Assembly: GCA_002189035.1 (NCBI GenBank)
Contig: NEEC01000004.1
Location: 2,480,001-2,544,000 of the forward strand
DNA: 64,000 bases
Source of the DNA: Utricularia gibba
Taxonomy: Eukaryota; Plantae; Magnoliophyta
Direction of reading: 5' to 3'
Below the pieces are notes generated by a model. The model was not told where the DNA came from. It did no database searches and saw nothing but the letters and a program-made list of their open reading frames with translations. The first letter of the stretch is position 1; each line of letters starts with the position of its first letter. A program made the position numbers and the translations under genes. This document shows positions 51,167-64,000 of the stretch, piece by piece.

Positions 51167-54100
51167 AAACAATTCGCTACTTCCCTTGAATCGATAGGGT
51201 TGGAGTTGGTGCTCTTCACCTTGCTCTTCATCAAGACCCGCGAGGAGTGGCCTGCTACTCATGGACCGCGACTAAAAGTCGTTACAGAAAGACTGTAACA
51301 AGACACGTGGAAGTGTGCAAAATCCGGAATGAATTCAACGAAGAAACGAGTTTAGTGTTCAAGACTTGGAAGTAAACTTCATCTTCTCCCAGAAACTAAA
51401 AGAGTTTAGCCCAAAAGAGCCATGAAAACAGAAACAAAAATAGAAGCTAAGTGTTCTTCCTCCCTTAGAGGAGAGGAAGAACCAAAAGTTCTAAGTGCCA
51501 AAAAAAATATCCAAAGTCCGAAAATAAGTCTTGCAAGTTGGTTTTATATCACTCCTCACGTGTATAAACTCCTTCAGTATCTTTTGGAACAAAATGCTGC
51601 TACCCCTTTTCAGCAAAAATAGTTGAGTAAGCTACTTGGTTATGATTTTCAAATTGTGTATAAATCAGGCAAGGAGAATGTGGCAGCGGACGCACTCTCA
51701 CACATGGATCCTAATCCTCAACTTGAGATGGCTGCAATTTCAATGCCCCAGTTTCCCTTATTTGATGAAATTCGTGATTATATGCGCACCACATCTTCTA
51801 TGCAGGAATTATTAATTGAAATTCAGGAAGGGAGAAAGTCATCTACATGGAAAATTTCAAATGGTTTGATAATGTATAAAAATCGAGTTTTTGTTGATGC
51901 AAAGTCCCTTCCAAAAAGAATTATGACAGCTTCATGAAGGAAGTCAAAAAACTATCAAGAGAATTCAAAGAGATTTTTTCTAGAAGGATATGGCTGAGGA
52001 AATTCACATTTTTGTGGCAGATTGTGTGACATGTCAAAGGAATAAAACGGAGCAGTTGCATCCAAGTGGACTCTTACAACCTTTGTGGATACCAGAACAA
52101 ATATGGGCTGAAATCTCACTTGATTTTGTGGTGGGGTTACCGTTGTCCAAAGGAAAAAATATGACTTAGTAGTGGTGGATCAGCTCAATTAGTATGCTCA
52201 CCTTATTACCCTTAAACATCCTTATACGGCAATCACAGTAGCTAAGCTTTTCTTTGATCATGTGTTTAAACTTCATGGGTTACAGAAGCAATTATTAGTG
52301 ATCGCGACCCTAAGTTTACAAGTTTATTTTGGAAAGAACTATTCCAACTTTTAGGAAATAAGCTTTGCTTCACTATGGCTTATCATCCCTAGGCAAATGG
52401 TCAAACTGAGAGGGTGAACAATACCCTTGAAACTTACCTCAGATGTCTAACATGAGATTGCCCTCATCAATGGACTGATTACTTAGCTTGGGTAGAGTAT
52501 GCGTATAACATTAGTTACCATAGCAGTGTTGGATTCTCTCCTTTTGAATTGGTATATGGGAGATCACCGCTCACTTTGTTACATTATGAAGGAGGAGCAA
52601 AAGTTGCAATAGTTGACATAAAGCTTAAGGATCGAGATGCATTGATGAGTTTGGGAAAAGAAAAATTACTGAAGAGTCAACAATTGATGATAGATACTAC
52701 AACAAATCTCATAAGCACATCAAATATCGAGTGGGGGATTTGGTGTGGCTCAAGCTTGCAATACCCCAACAGAGAGCCTTCCTAAGCAGAAAGCATTCCA
52801 AGCTCCACCCAAAGTACTTCAGACTCTTCCCAGTTAAGGAAAGGATTGGTAGCTTGGCCTATAAATTAGAATTCCCTCCTGGAATGCAATTGTACCGTCT
52901 TTTATGTGATTAAACTCAAGCAGTGCAAAGGGAATCCACAAGAGGCGCAAACCCTACCGGACAATCTACAAGAAGTTGAGATTGAACCTCAAGCGGTTCT
53001 CGAGCTCAGAGGATCCTCTACTAACACAGAGATACTGGTGCACTGGAAGAATTATTCATCGGCAGAAGCTACTTGGGAAAACTTAGGTGCTATTAAGGAA
53101 AGGTACCCTGATTTCTTTGATTCAGCATAAGCCTGATGGGATGTCATGGGAAATTATTCACCCCATGCTAGAGACAACATCTGAGCAACAGCAAAAGAGA
53201 GGCAGAAATCAAGCTGAATGATTATAGTTTATTTCAAGAAGAAACCGAGAGTTGTAGGAAGAGAAATATAAAAGAAATATCATTTTGTAATAGTAGGGAC
53301 TTTTAAAAAGAAAACCTCTAGCTTTGTTTCTTAAAAACTCAGCATAACTCCTAAGAAATTTTCGATGTGTAAACCCAATTCATTTGGGCTTTTTTCTTCA
53401 ACCCCTTTTAATGTGTGAATGCAAAGACTTGTTACTCATTTGCAAACTTTTGCTTGTCACATTAACCAAATGAAATATTGTCCAAATCATTATTGGTAAT
53501 TGCAAATGAGCTGATTCAATCACATTAAAAGTTTCTATGGGTTATTTATATTTTTTTCTATTTTCTCATACATTTTGATCATTAGCATTAGAAATTTTTG
53601 CTAAAAAACCTCTTAGACATGCCTTTTCATCTTTATGAAAGAGATGGGGTTATACATTTTTTTTTTAAAAAAAGGTTTTTTAGCTCTTGAACATATCGAA
53701 AAATTAGTATATGCACATACTAATACTTGTGTGCTTCTAATAACTTTTCATAAGTGTACTAAAGATGAGATAAAATGCTAGGATATTTATTACGAGATAT
53801 TTAAATTCTTTGAATATCAAGTTGATGGTATTAGTGTGACATCCAATATTCATTTGAATGAGATTAATGGATCTAGAAATCAATGTAATGGATAATCTGT
53901 TAAAATATAATATTGATGATATGAGTGGTTGATAATAAGTCAAATATTTTATAGCAATTGTGATATGTCTTATAATTTATTTTTAATATTCCCTTAATTT
54001 AACTTGAAATATGTTATTTATCTATGTACTTCTAATTGTTTTTATATCATTTTTTCATAACCACTTATGCATTTGAACATATTAAATGTCTTTAATTACC

Positions 54101-55248
54101 ATCATAATTCTTGTCATAATCATTCACAATTTTATTTAGTTACAGTGATATTTAGGAAAAAAAATATTATATATTATTAATAATCATAATATTAAAAATA
54201 GGATTCATATCGTAAAATATAATACTTTATAATTACACATATCTCATATCTTGCATCAATATGTTTAGGTGTGGGAATGTCTCATACCCAACAATCTTGC
54301 TTTGCATGTGCATTATTTTGTGTTGCATATTCTGAAAAACATGTAGAGAAATAGCACTAGATGGATCTAATTAGGAAAAAAGTATGAGTTGAGTTGCTGT
54401 AAAGATATCCAAAATACATCATTTTAAAAAAGTATCATTAATTAGTATTGATATAAATAATATGATCTACGATATAAAATTTGGGAGAAAACGATGTATT
54501 AAAGATTTGATGATTTTAGGTAGGACAATGGATCCACGAACTCTGGGTCTAGAGCTATAGAATATTGCGTGAGCATGATTTTACACACCAATGATGTGCA
54601 TAAATTCGTTTTGCATTAACAAACATGGATGACCATCACACTCGTCTTGTCCAAGACGCTTGGGATACCTCTCCAGTTTTGTTTTACTTACAGGTTGCAA
54701 GTGCATGGGTTGTAAGAGATCTGGAGTGGTCTTCATTATCCTACTACCTCATCAAATGCGTTCTCATGGATATACATCCCCATCTTTTCATGATCCAATT
54801 TGAAAAACTCCAAGAAAATATATTGATTGGTGAATTCTGTAGCCACACCGCTGTCTTATTTTTGCGGCCGGGCAGTTGCGTGGATTGGTGGACATCATTT
54901 TTCACCAATCGCATCTCATCGCCTTCGCATTCATTCCTAGGTATGAACACAGGAGATTCCTCAACCCATTTTGTTACATGACATAAATATTTTTTAAGTG
55001 GGATAGAAAAACATTATATGTTTTTTTTTGTTCATTTTATCCAACCGATGGAAGTGGCAAAAATAACTAGTAAATACTTGCCAAGATATTTTGGACAAGT
55101 AGAGAATTTAATACAAGGCAAGTTTTATACGGCTCTAAAATCTGGATCCAATACCCGATCTGCCCTTGTCTTCTTCCTCGTGCAGTCTTCTTATAACCAC
55201 CAATCTAACCACTGGCAGCAGCATTACCGAAGGGGCTTGAGTTAAACT

Positions 55249-57222
<1,974 letters not shown>

Positions 57223-57705
57223 TAGCGCGGCTGGGTTCCACGCTCCATTTCAACATGGCCGCTTCCTGTCTATCTCTTGTAATTTATGCTTCTTGGGCAT
57301 CTGTCTCATGTGTACATTGCCTGCCAGATCACCGCAGGTGATTTGTATAATTTGTACTTCAAGACACGTATAATTTGCTGATCCGACTGCCCAAAGACTG
57401 ATTTTCTAGAACACCGACGTGGTGGATTTCAAAACAATTCTCAGACGACATTCAGGGTTGGTGTTTTCAACCATGACGCATCAGGTCTGAACGAAGCCAT
57501 AACTACAGAGAATAGATAAGAATCACAGCACTGCATTTTCTCCCCACAATCCACAACTCGTTGGATATCTATATCAAATACACAACCTCATGCGCTTCTT
57601 CTATCAGTAAAACTACCACAGAGCGTAGTACGCATAAAACGGATGCCATGATTTGGGGTGCATTCAATTGCTTGCATGCTCATGCCTTGTATGACAGACA
57701 GAGAG

Positions 57706-57730
57706 ACAGATAGATAGATAGATAGATAGA
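57706..57730. repeat. (GATA)n microsatellite between the convergent RD21 and SLY1 genes
   Basis: A run of AGAT/GATA units preceded by GACA units. Confidence 0.85.
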
Positions 57731-57938
57731 CATACTCTGCAATCAGCAAGGGTATCCACTAAAGCACACAAGGCCTTTACTTAGCAATACAGACACGGCA
57801 CGATATCATACAATGTAACAGAAGGAAGAATGTGCTGTATAGTCAGCACATACAACATGAAATAGTTAGTGGACCGGATGGCTGACTGACTCATTGCTTG
57901 ATTTCTGAGGACCTCAAGCGAAATTGAGAAAAGCAACT

Positions 57939-58463
57939 TCAATTCCTCCGATTTTTGGAACTTATCATTTCGAAATACTTGAGTGACAGTAAGGAGACCG
58001 AAAGATTCACCTCATCCTTTCCCCATCGCGCCTTAGGCCTAGGCACCGCCGCCTGAGCTGGAGGAAGCGAAGGCCAGGAAGGCGGAGCTTGCGAAGACGA
58101 AGAAGGCTTCAGCAGCGGCCAGAGATGGCTCGAGTACAAGCGACGGAAGCCGCCAAGCGCGGAAACCACGGATCGCAACTGTAACGGGCTACGGTGGTAA
58201 TTCTTAGTGCACATCACCTCCCAGATACGATCGTCGTTTGCCGTGCGATTCCATTGGCGGCAGACGCAAGCTGCCTTCGCCAGGGTGCTTCCGTCTTCCA
58301 CTCGCCGCAGAATTTCGTACAACAAATTCTCGTCCATCAGGGCAAGCTCCGTTTCTTTGCGAATTTCTTCTTCCAGCTTGATCTTCTTGTTGCTTTCATC
58401 TTCAGCACGAGGCTCACACACTGGAGATCCACATCCAACGCCGTCGTGGAGGTCGCGTTTCAT
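57939..58463 (-). CDS. SLY1: Intronless gibberellin-signalling F-box protein SLY1/GID2, 174 aa
   Basis: MKR start, F-box (MDENLLYEILRRV...AACVCRQW), GGF domain (QLRSVVSALGGFRRL) and LSL domain (WGKDEVNLSVSLLSLKYFE). TATAAAA at ~58598-58604. Confidence 0.93.
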   Translation of the reverse strand: MKRDLHDGVGCGSPVCEPRAEDESNKKIKLEEEIRKETELALMDENLLYEILRRVEDGSTLAKAACVCRQWNRTANDDRIWEVMCTKNYHRSPLQLRSVVSALGGFRRLYSSHLWPLLKPSSSSQAPPSWPSLPPAQAAVPRPKARWGKDEVNLSVSLLSLKYFEMISSKNRRN

Positions 58464-58919
58464 CGCCGGATCTTCCGCGGACCCGAAAGAGAGCCGTAGA
58501 CTGAATTGGGCTGGAACCAAAACAAAGGTTTTTGTCTTTATCAAGAATGACGTTTTCGTCCCTCTGAAGAAAGTTTGGGACGATTGAATCCCCATATTTT
58601 ATAATATTTCCAAGCAAGCCCTTTTTTATGTCCCATAATTTTCCCAATTGGTGAGACATGGAAAACGGATGGGTCGCCGGAGACGAGACGTGAGGATGCG
58701 ACTCGGGATAGAGTTATACTGTTTATTTATGCTACGTACTTTAAAAAAATAATAATAAATATAGGAAACCTTCATCTCATTTTGCATTTTTAGGGCTCGT
58801 TTAGTTGCATGATAAGTTAAACATAGGTTTGAATTATTAAGATGTGGGTTACTCGGGTATAATTTGATAATGTGTTTGGTTAATAGATATAATACTGTAA
58901 TAATTAACTAATAAAGAGT

Positions 58920-61090
58920 TCACATTGCGATTTCGACAATATCAAAGCCTTTCTACACAGCAAATTTAGCATCAAATTCTTGAGTGCAGCAAAATCTTGC
59001 TTGGTATTGAGATTTAAAGAACCTGTTATGGTAGTACATGAGACATAATAAAGAGTGCAAGTATGACATACTCTAAATGAACTTCAACTTCATTAGTTTT
59101 TGGATATACAATGAGAACTAGTACACATGATCAATTGTTTGTATAACCAAACTTATATAGATGGATAGTTGGAAAATTACTTTTGCTAAGCTTTATATAA
59201 TTAGATCTAATCTGCACTACAAAACAACTAAGTTAGCAAGTACATCAGCATACTAATACTCATTGGGTGGCTACACAATATGTTATTCTCTATTTGAAAG
59301 AGACTCTAGATTATGAGTTAATGTATAAGTGCCAAGAGGATATTCCATTCATACATATTGTGTTGTCAATTAGACAACCTGCCCCTTCGTAATAAGGTCT
59401 CTTATAGGTTATTGTATTATTTTAGGCTCATCTCGCATATTTTGGAAGACTAAAAAGCAAAACATTGTAGTATAAATACCTTCCAAAGCTGAGTATAGAA
59501 GCTTGGAACATTGTTTGTAAATTGCTTTTGGTGTCCTATGTGCTACAAGACATGAACGTTTTTATACAACTTTCAATTCTTTTATTTTTTGACACTAAAT
59601 GAACCACACATATTGCTAAAAATCCCTCCAATGTCATCAATTTGGTTTATTGAAGCTTTGCTACATTAACTTCTTTGATCAAATGGGTGACAGGTTTCCG
59701 AAGTCATTATCCAATCCATGTCTTAACAAAGGGATTTTACAATTTGGATTGACCATTGGATTTCCCATTCCAACTTGAGAGAGCAGTGGAAAATGAATTC
59801 ATAGAACTATCTATAAGAACAAAATATCTTTTCAATTTTGTCATTGTTCTTCCTGATGTATTTAATATGGCAAATTCTTCCACTTCAATCAATTATCTTT
59901 TCAACAACTCCTCTTCATAAGCCAACTTACTATCCAAGAGGTAGTAAAATTTATTTCTTTTGCAAGATACAAAGTAGAGATAAAATCTAAAAAGTTTCTT
60001 TGACAACACCATAAAATAGTGTAACTTAAAAATTTCTCTCAATAGAACTAAAAAATTAAAATAAAATGTAAATGCAGTAATGCATATTGTTTCATAATAA
60101 ATTTTGAAAGAAACTAAAATGTAAAACATTTAAAGGTATAGAAGGAATATTGATCACACATAGTTGATTTTTAAAAGAAATATGAAGCTGAAACCAAATA
60201 CAAATTATTATGATTTTTTTAGTGAATGAAAGATAAATGATGAACCTTAAGTAAAAGTACTATTTTTGAAATGAAAATCATTCTCAACTATATTTGATAT
60301 TTCCACTTTTCTTTGGGTTTTTCGGATACTTGGTTATAGAAATAAAGAATTAACTACGTTCCCTTACACTTTATTACAAGGAGCCATAAGAATTGACTCA
60401 TAAATTTTTTTGCGGATTTTGCATACCTTGCAAGGAAACTTAATGTTGTTCTAATACTGTAACATAATCATCATTTCTTCTATTAACTACAATCATGTCC
60501 TACACATCAAAGTTCATCGTTAATATCATTTCTTCTTCAAAAATCATGGAAGATGTCTTTTTGAAGGAGATCTTGTTTGTCACCTAATATTGTCTTGTTT
60601 TTCAACTATCTATCAGATATAATTCTCCAACTATATACTTATATAACGAAACTCAAAAAAAGATTAAATAAAACATAACAATAAATATAATTATTCTTAT
60701 ATAAGTAAAACCTATCATTTCTATTGTAGATTTTTAATTAGACAACTTTAATCATATATAAATATAGAAAAAAATATAAAATATGATAATAAAATAATAC
60801 TTAACATCTACAGACGCATCAATTGAGGTTACAAAAGTGCAACAGCTTATCACAAGACGAAATACATACACTTAGAAGAATCATATAAACATGAGACTTC
60901 ATTGAAAAAATAGAAGATAAAACAAGCTTAAATTTCAAATGGGCAATAATCAATACAACTTCTAACACTTCTTGCATCATATGATTCATTAGTATAGATT
61001 TAATAGCATTGCTACTTTGGTTCCTCTTGCAATGGAAAATGAGCATCATCTCATGGATCAAAAGGGCTAACTACCATTAAAAGATGGAAG
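58920..61090. mobile_element. Mosaic of very degenerate Ty1/copia RT-RNase H fragments on both strands
   Basis: Plus strand: IKAFLHSKFSIK, IVGKLL, FWKTKKQNIV and KAEYRSL. Minus strand: a YVDDMIV-like remnant near 60490. Confidence 0.7.
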
Positions 61091-61104
61091 TCTCAATTAT
61101 GGAC

Positions 61105-64000
61105 TGATAATAATTTTGCAAGTACACAAAAACTATTGAAATAATAAAATAAGATCGTATGCACAAGGAATTATCATTGGAATTTCCTTTTCAAACTCAA
61201 AGACTCAAAAATACCGAAAATAAAAGAAGGATTTGATTTTAAAAATAATAAAAAAAGTGATCTTGGATCTAGGATCCACCTTATTCAAAATTTGTTCAAA
61301 TTTGTGCGTGCAAACTTTGAGAACTGACCTACTTGCACACGTCCTGAGGATGTTATACTAAAATAGTGCTACTCGATAACCGTTATCACACCGTCCCTCA
61401 TTTAGTAGGATTATAGAATTAACCACGACACCATATCCATTTCAACTCTTGTGATAACTCATGTTTTTCTACACTCAAATCTAATTCCTACACCTCACAC
61501 CTTGCAGACAAATTAGACAGAATGTATCTTACTAACGATGTCTGATTGAGCTCTTCTCCTTAGATGCTTGTGGTCAACATTTGATTCTCTTATACTCCCT
61601 TCGGGTTATATGATGCTAACGAGCACGCTGATAAAGCAAACATTGCAAAAAACAAAATTAAACCTCAATTTAAATGTCGAAAAACATTGTAAAACAATCA
61701 CACACGAAGGACTTGCGCAAGCAAGACTTCACCACAAATCCTTAGCTGCAAGTGCCTACATGCGCAGACTTGACTCTAACATGAAAATAAACACGAAAAT
61801 AAGCAAAATACAAGGGAAAAAGTTGTCAATGACGTCTTTAATTGTTGAAAAAGTGGAGTATTTATAGAAGAGCAAATACAAGTCTTCGTATTGAACTTGC
61901 TTGATGGGCTTGATAATATCTTCTATCCAAATCTTTTATCCAAATCTTCCTAGATCATCTTCAGATCTTCATCTTATTCACGAATCTTGGACCAAATCTT
62001 CATCATTTAATCGAGTGTTGGTCTAACATTCGTGGCTCATCAGGCACATAATTTGACAAGTCTTGATTTCTCCTCAAATTGATCCAAAAATGCCCTAAAA
62101 ATCCACAAAATATACTTTCTCCCCAAAAAGATCAAAGTAGTATGAAAAATACAAAATCAATTGATAATAATGAGAAAGTGAAATCTAAGGTAAATAAAAA
62201 CAATACTCAAGAGTAATGAAAGAATATGTTTTTCAATGACTCAAACTCACTTATCAACTCCCTTACACTTAGATATTGTTTATTCTCAAGCAATTGTTCA
62301 AAGTAGTTTCCTCCAAAGTAGTGACTTGCAAATAGAATTAAGGCTAGCAAACTGTTTGAATTATTCAATAGTATACTATCCACTTGCTCCCTTGCATGTT
62401 GCTACTTCTCATAGGTGTCACTCATTACGCTCAACATAAGAAATTCATAAGAGGAAGGTGAAATGAAAAGAGGATTGCTCAATAGCTAAATGTAGGCGAG
62501 TCATTAAATTTGCGCAAGTGATCCAATGGTTTTAACAAGCTTGCGCAATCATGAGGTCTTTTTCTCAGGTTGTAATGCGGTAGGAGCTTGGGATAGATGG
62601 AAAATTTGGCTGGAGGCTCCATATTATCGGTAATAAGAGGTGAGCATCCATCAAACAATTCTTTCATGTTATCCTTTGATTTTCATACTCCAAGAAACTC
62701 ATTCTCTTTCAATTTTGTGCTTTTTTCCAACCCGTCAACCCCTTATCTCTTTTCTTCTTCTCATCTTCTTTTTTTATTTTTTATTTTTTTTTCGAAATTG
62801 ATCTCTCTCTTAGACGATGTGTCTGTTTAAAATCTCTTCATAATTTGTTGAGATAGAGTTTGATCATTGAATTGAAAATTGCTCTCAAGTTTTTTTCTTT
62901 TGTAATAAAGCTCCTAGTTTTGCAACTTGCACAAGCAAACGAACAAAACTGTTCTCTAGATGCTCACTCCTTGGGTCAAGAGAAATTGGCTTCTGATGTG
63001 GTGATCCAAATAATAAGGTTTCAGGCCAAGTGGGGTTCACTAAGTGGATTCAAGGGTGAATATGGGGATAAAAAAAGACAAATCCTAATGTTTCAATCCT
63101 TTTACGCAAGACTTGTAGAATAACTCAGTAGCATGTATGAGAACAAGTAATATGATCATTCTGCATTCAGGTCACCTCCTCACTAAGAAACTAGAGCTAT
63201 GTAGCTTGGACAAAGGACATAAAATGAACAAGATGTTAAAAAACAACATAGCAACTAGCATACCAAAATTCTAATTCACAACAACTATCTCGAAAAAAAT
63301 AATACAAAAAACAGATGTTTAGGTTCTAGTAAAACACAAAATGCAAGGAGGTGATCATTGAAACATTTTCCAAATTTGAAAAAAAAGTTTTAAAAGGCAC
63401 AAAAACAATCTAAAAAGTCAAGTACTCCCCTCTCACACTTAAATGACATCTTGTCCTCAAGATGGGTAGAAACACTTAACTTTCATCATGTGCCCGTGAT
63501 GTATCTAATAGAGCGGAATTTTTCCTCAAAAATATCTGTTGCACCTGTGCTAGTTGAAGAGAAAGAAAACAATGCAAGAGAAAATAAAAAATAAACTAAA
63601 ATAACAAAAGAAAAATGGAAGAGAACTAGGTGCTTATTTTTTTTTATGGCAACAAGCAAACCATCGGAGCTTCCTGGTCAAGTGGGATGATGGGTGGTGA
63701 TATCCACCGGAACATGTAGTATATCAATGGAGGGTTTTACTTGCTCATGGAACCTTTTCAATTCTGAATATTTACCATAAATTCTCCATGATTGGGATCG
63801 GTGATGAACACTGTTCCACTAGGGTAGATATTCTTGATAGTATATAATCCACACCATTTGGACTTGAGTTTTCCTGGAAATAAGTGAAAACGAGAGTTAA
63901 ATAATAAAATTAGGTCACCTTCTATCAGGTTCGCAAGTGACTGTCATGCCAAGCCTTTGTTTCTTCATTGTACAGCTTTGCATTTTCATAAGCACTCATT
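61105..64000 (-). mobile_element. 3' end of an Athila element: integrase C-terminus (~63700-64000), ~1.4-kb non-coding spacer, PPT (62257-62270), 3' LTR family D (61105-62256)
   Basis: AYENAKLY, LILLFNSRFHLFPGKLKSKW. The PPT AAGTGTAAGGGAGT abuts TGAT, and a second PPT-like motif (CTTGAGGACAAG...AAGTGTGAGAGGGGA) lies at ~63425-63460. Confidence 0.92.

Larger units (their letters stand above)
47292..53461 (+). mobile_element. Degenerate chromovirus (Ty3/gypsy, Reina-like) with both LTRs (47292-47626, 53142-53461); RT deleted, nested inserts
   Basis: Perfect TSD TTAAC; PBS TGGTATCAGAGC (tRNA-iMet) at 47630-47641; gag IPKYDGATEPLRW and LCFHCDE; RNase H end KLLGYDFQIVYKSGKENVAADALS; integrase; chromodomain EILVHWKNYSSAEATWE. 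The LTRs differ by roughly 30-35 substitutions in ~320 bp by manual count. Confidence 0.93.

Noticed and set aside
58464-58595. In-frame 44-aa N-terminal extension of SLY1 that looks like a transit peptide
   Set aside because: Its ATG lies immediately downstream of the probable TATA box (58598-58604), hence upstream of the expected transcription start, and homology begins at MKR.
62270-63700. Possible env-like ORF between Athila integrase and the 3' LTR
   Set aside because: No long ORF or transmembrane-domain frame on the element's strand; appears non-coding.

Overview
AT-rich plant (angiosperm, species not determinable) nuclear DNA. Bases 1-22 kb are a nested transposon graveyard: a Ty1/copia element with a tRNA-Leu primer site, copia and Athila pol remnants, a plastid insertion (rpl33-rps18), six solo or partial Athila-type LTRs, a foldback MITE and a PIF/Harbinger derivative. 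Bases 22.9-58.5 kb are a gene-bearing block: a SOB3/ESC-type AHL with a frameshift inside its AT-hook, a P-class PPR gene, a DYW pseudogene, OSB1-like, patatin-like phospholipase, RPN11, RD21-like cysteine protease and SLY1/GID2 F-box. This block is interrupted by more solo LTRs and one TSD-flanked, degenerate chromovirus carrying nested fragments. The window ends in copia debris and the 3' end of an Athila element. Gene and TE family calls rest on recalled motifs and manual alignment, not database searches. I did not find a clearly new multi-gene system. The best leads are the AT-hook frameshift, a 2.1-kb Athila fragment flanked by a perfect 20-bp duplication, the DYW pseudogene facing OSB1, and the tRNA-Leu-primed copia.
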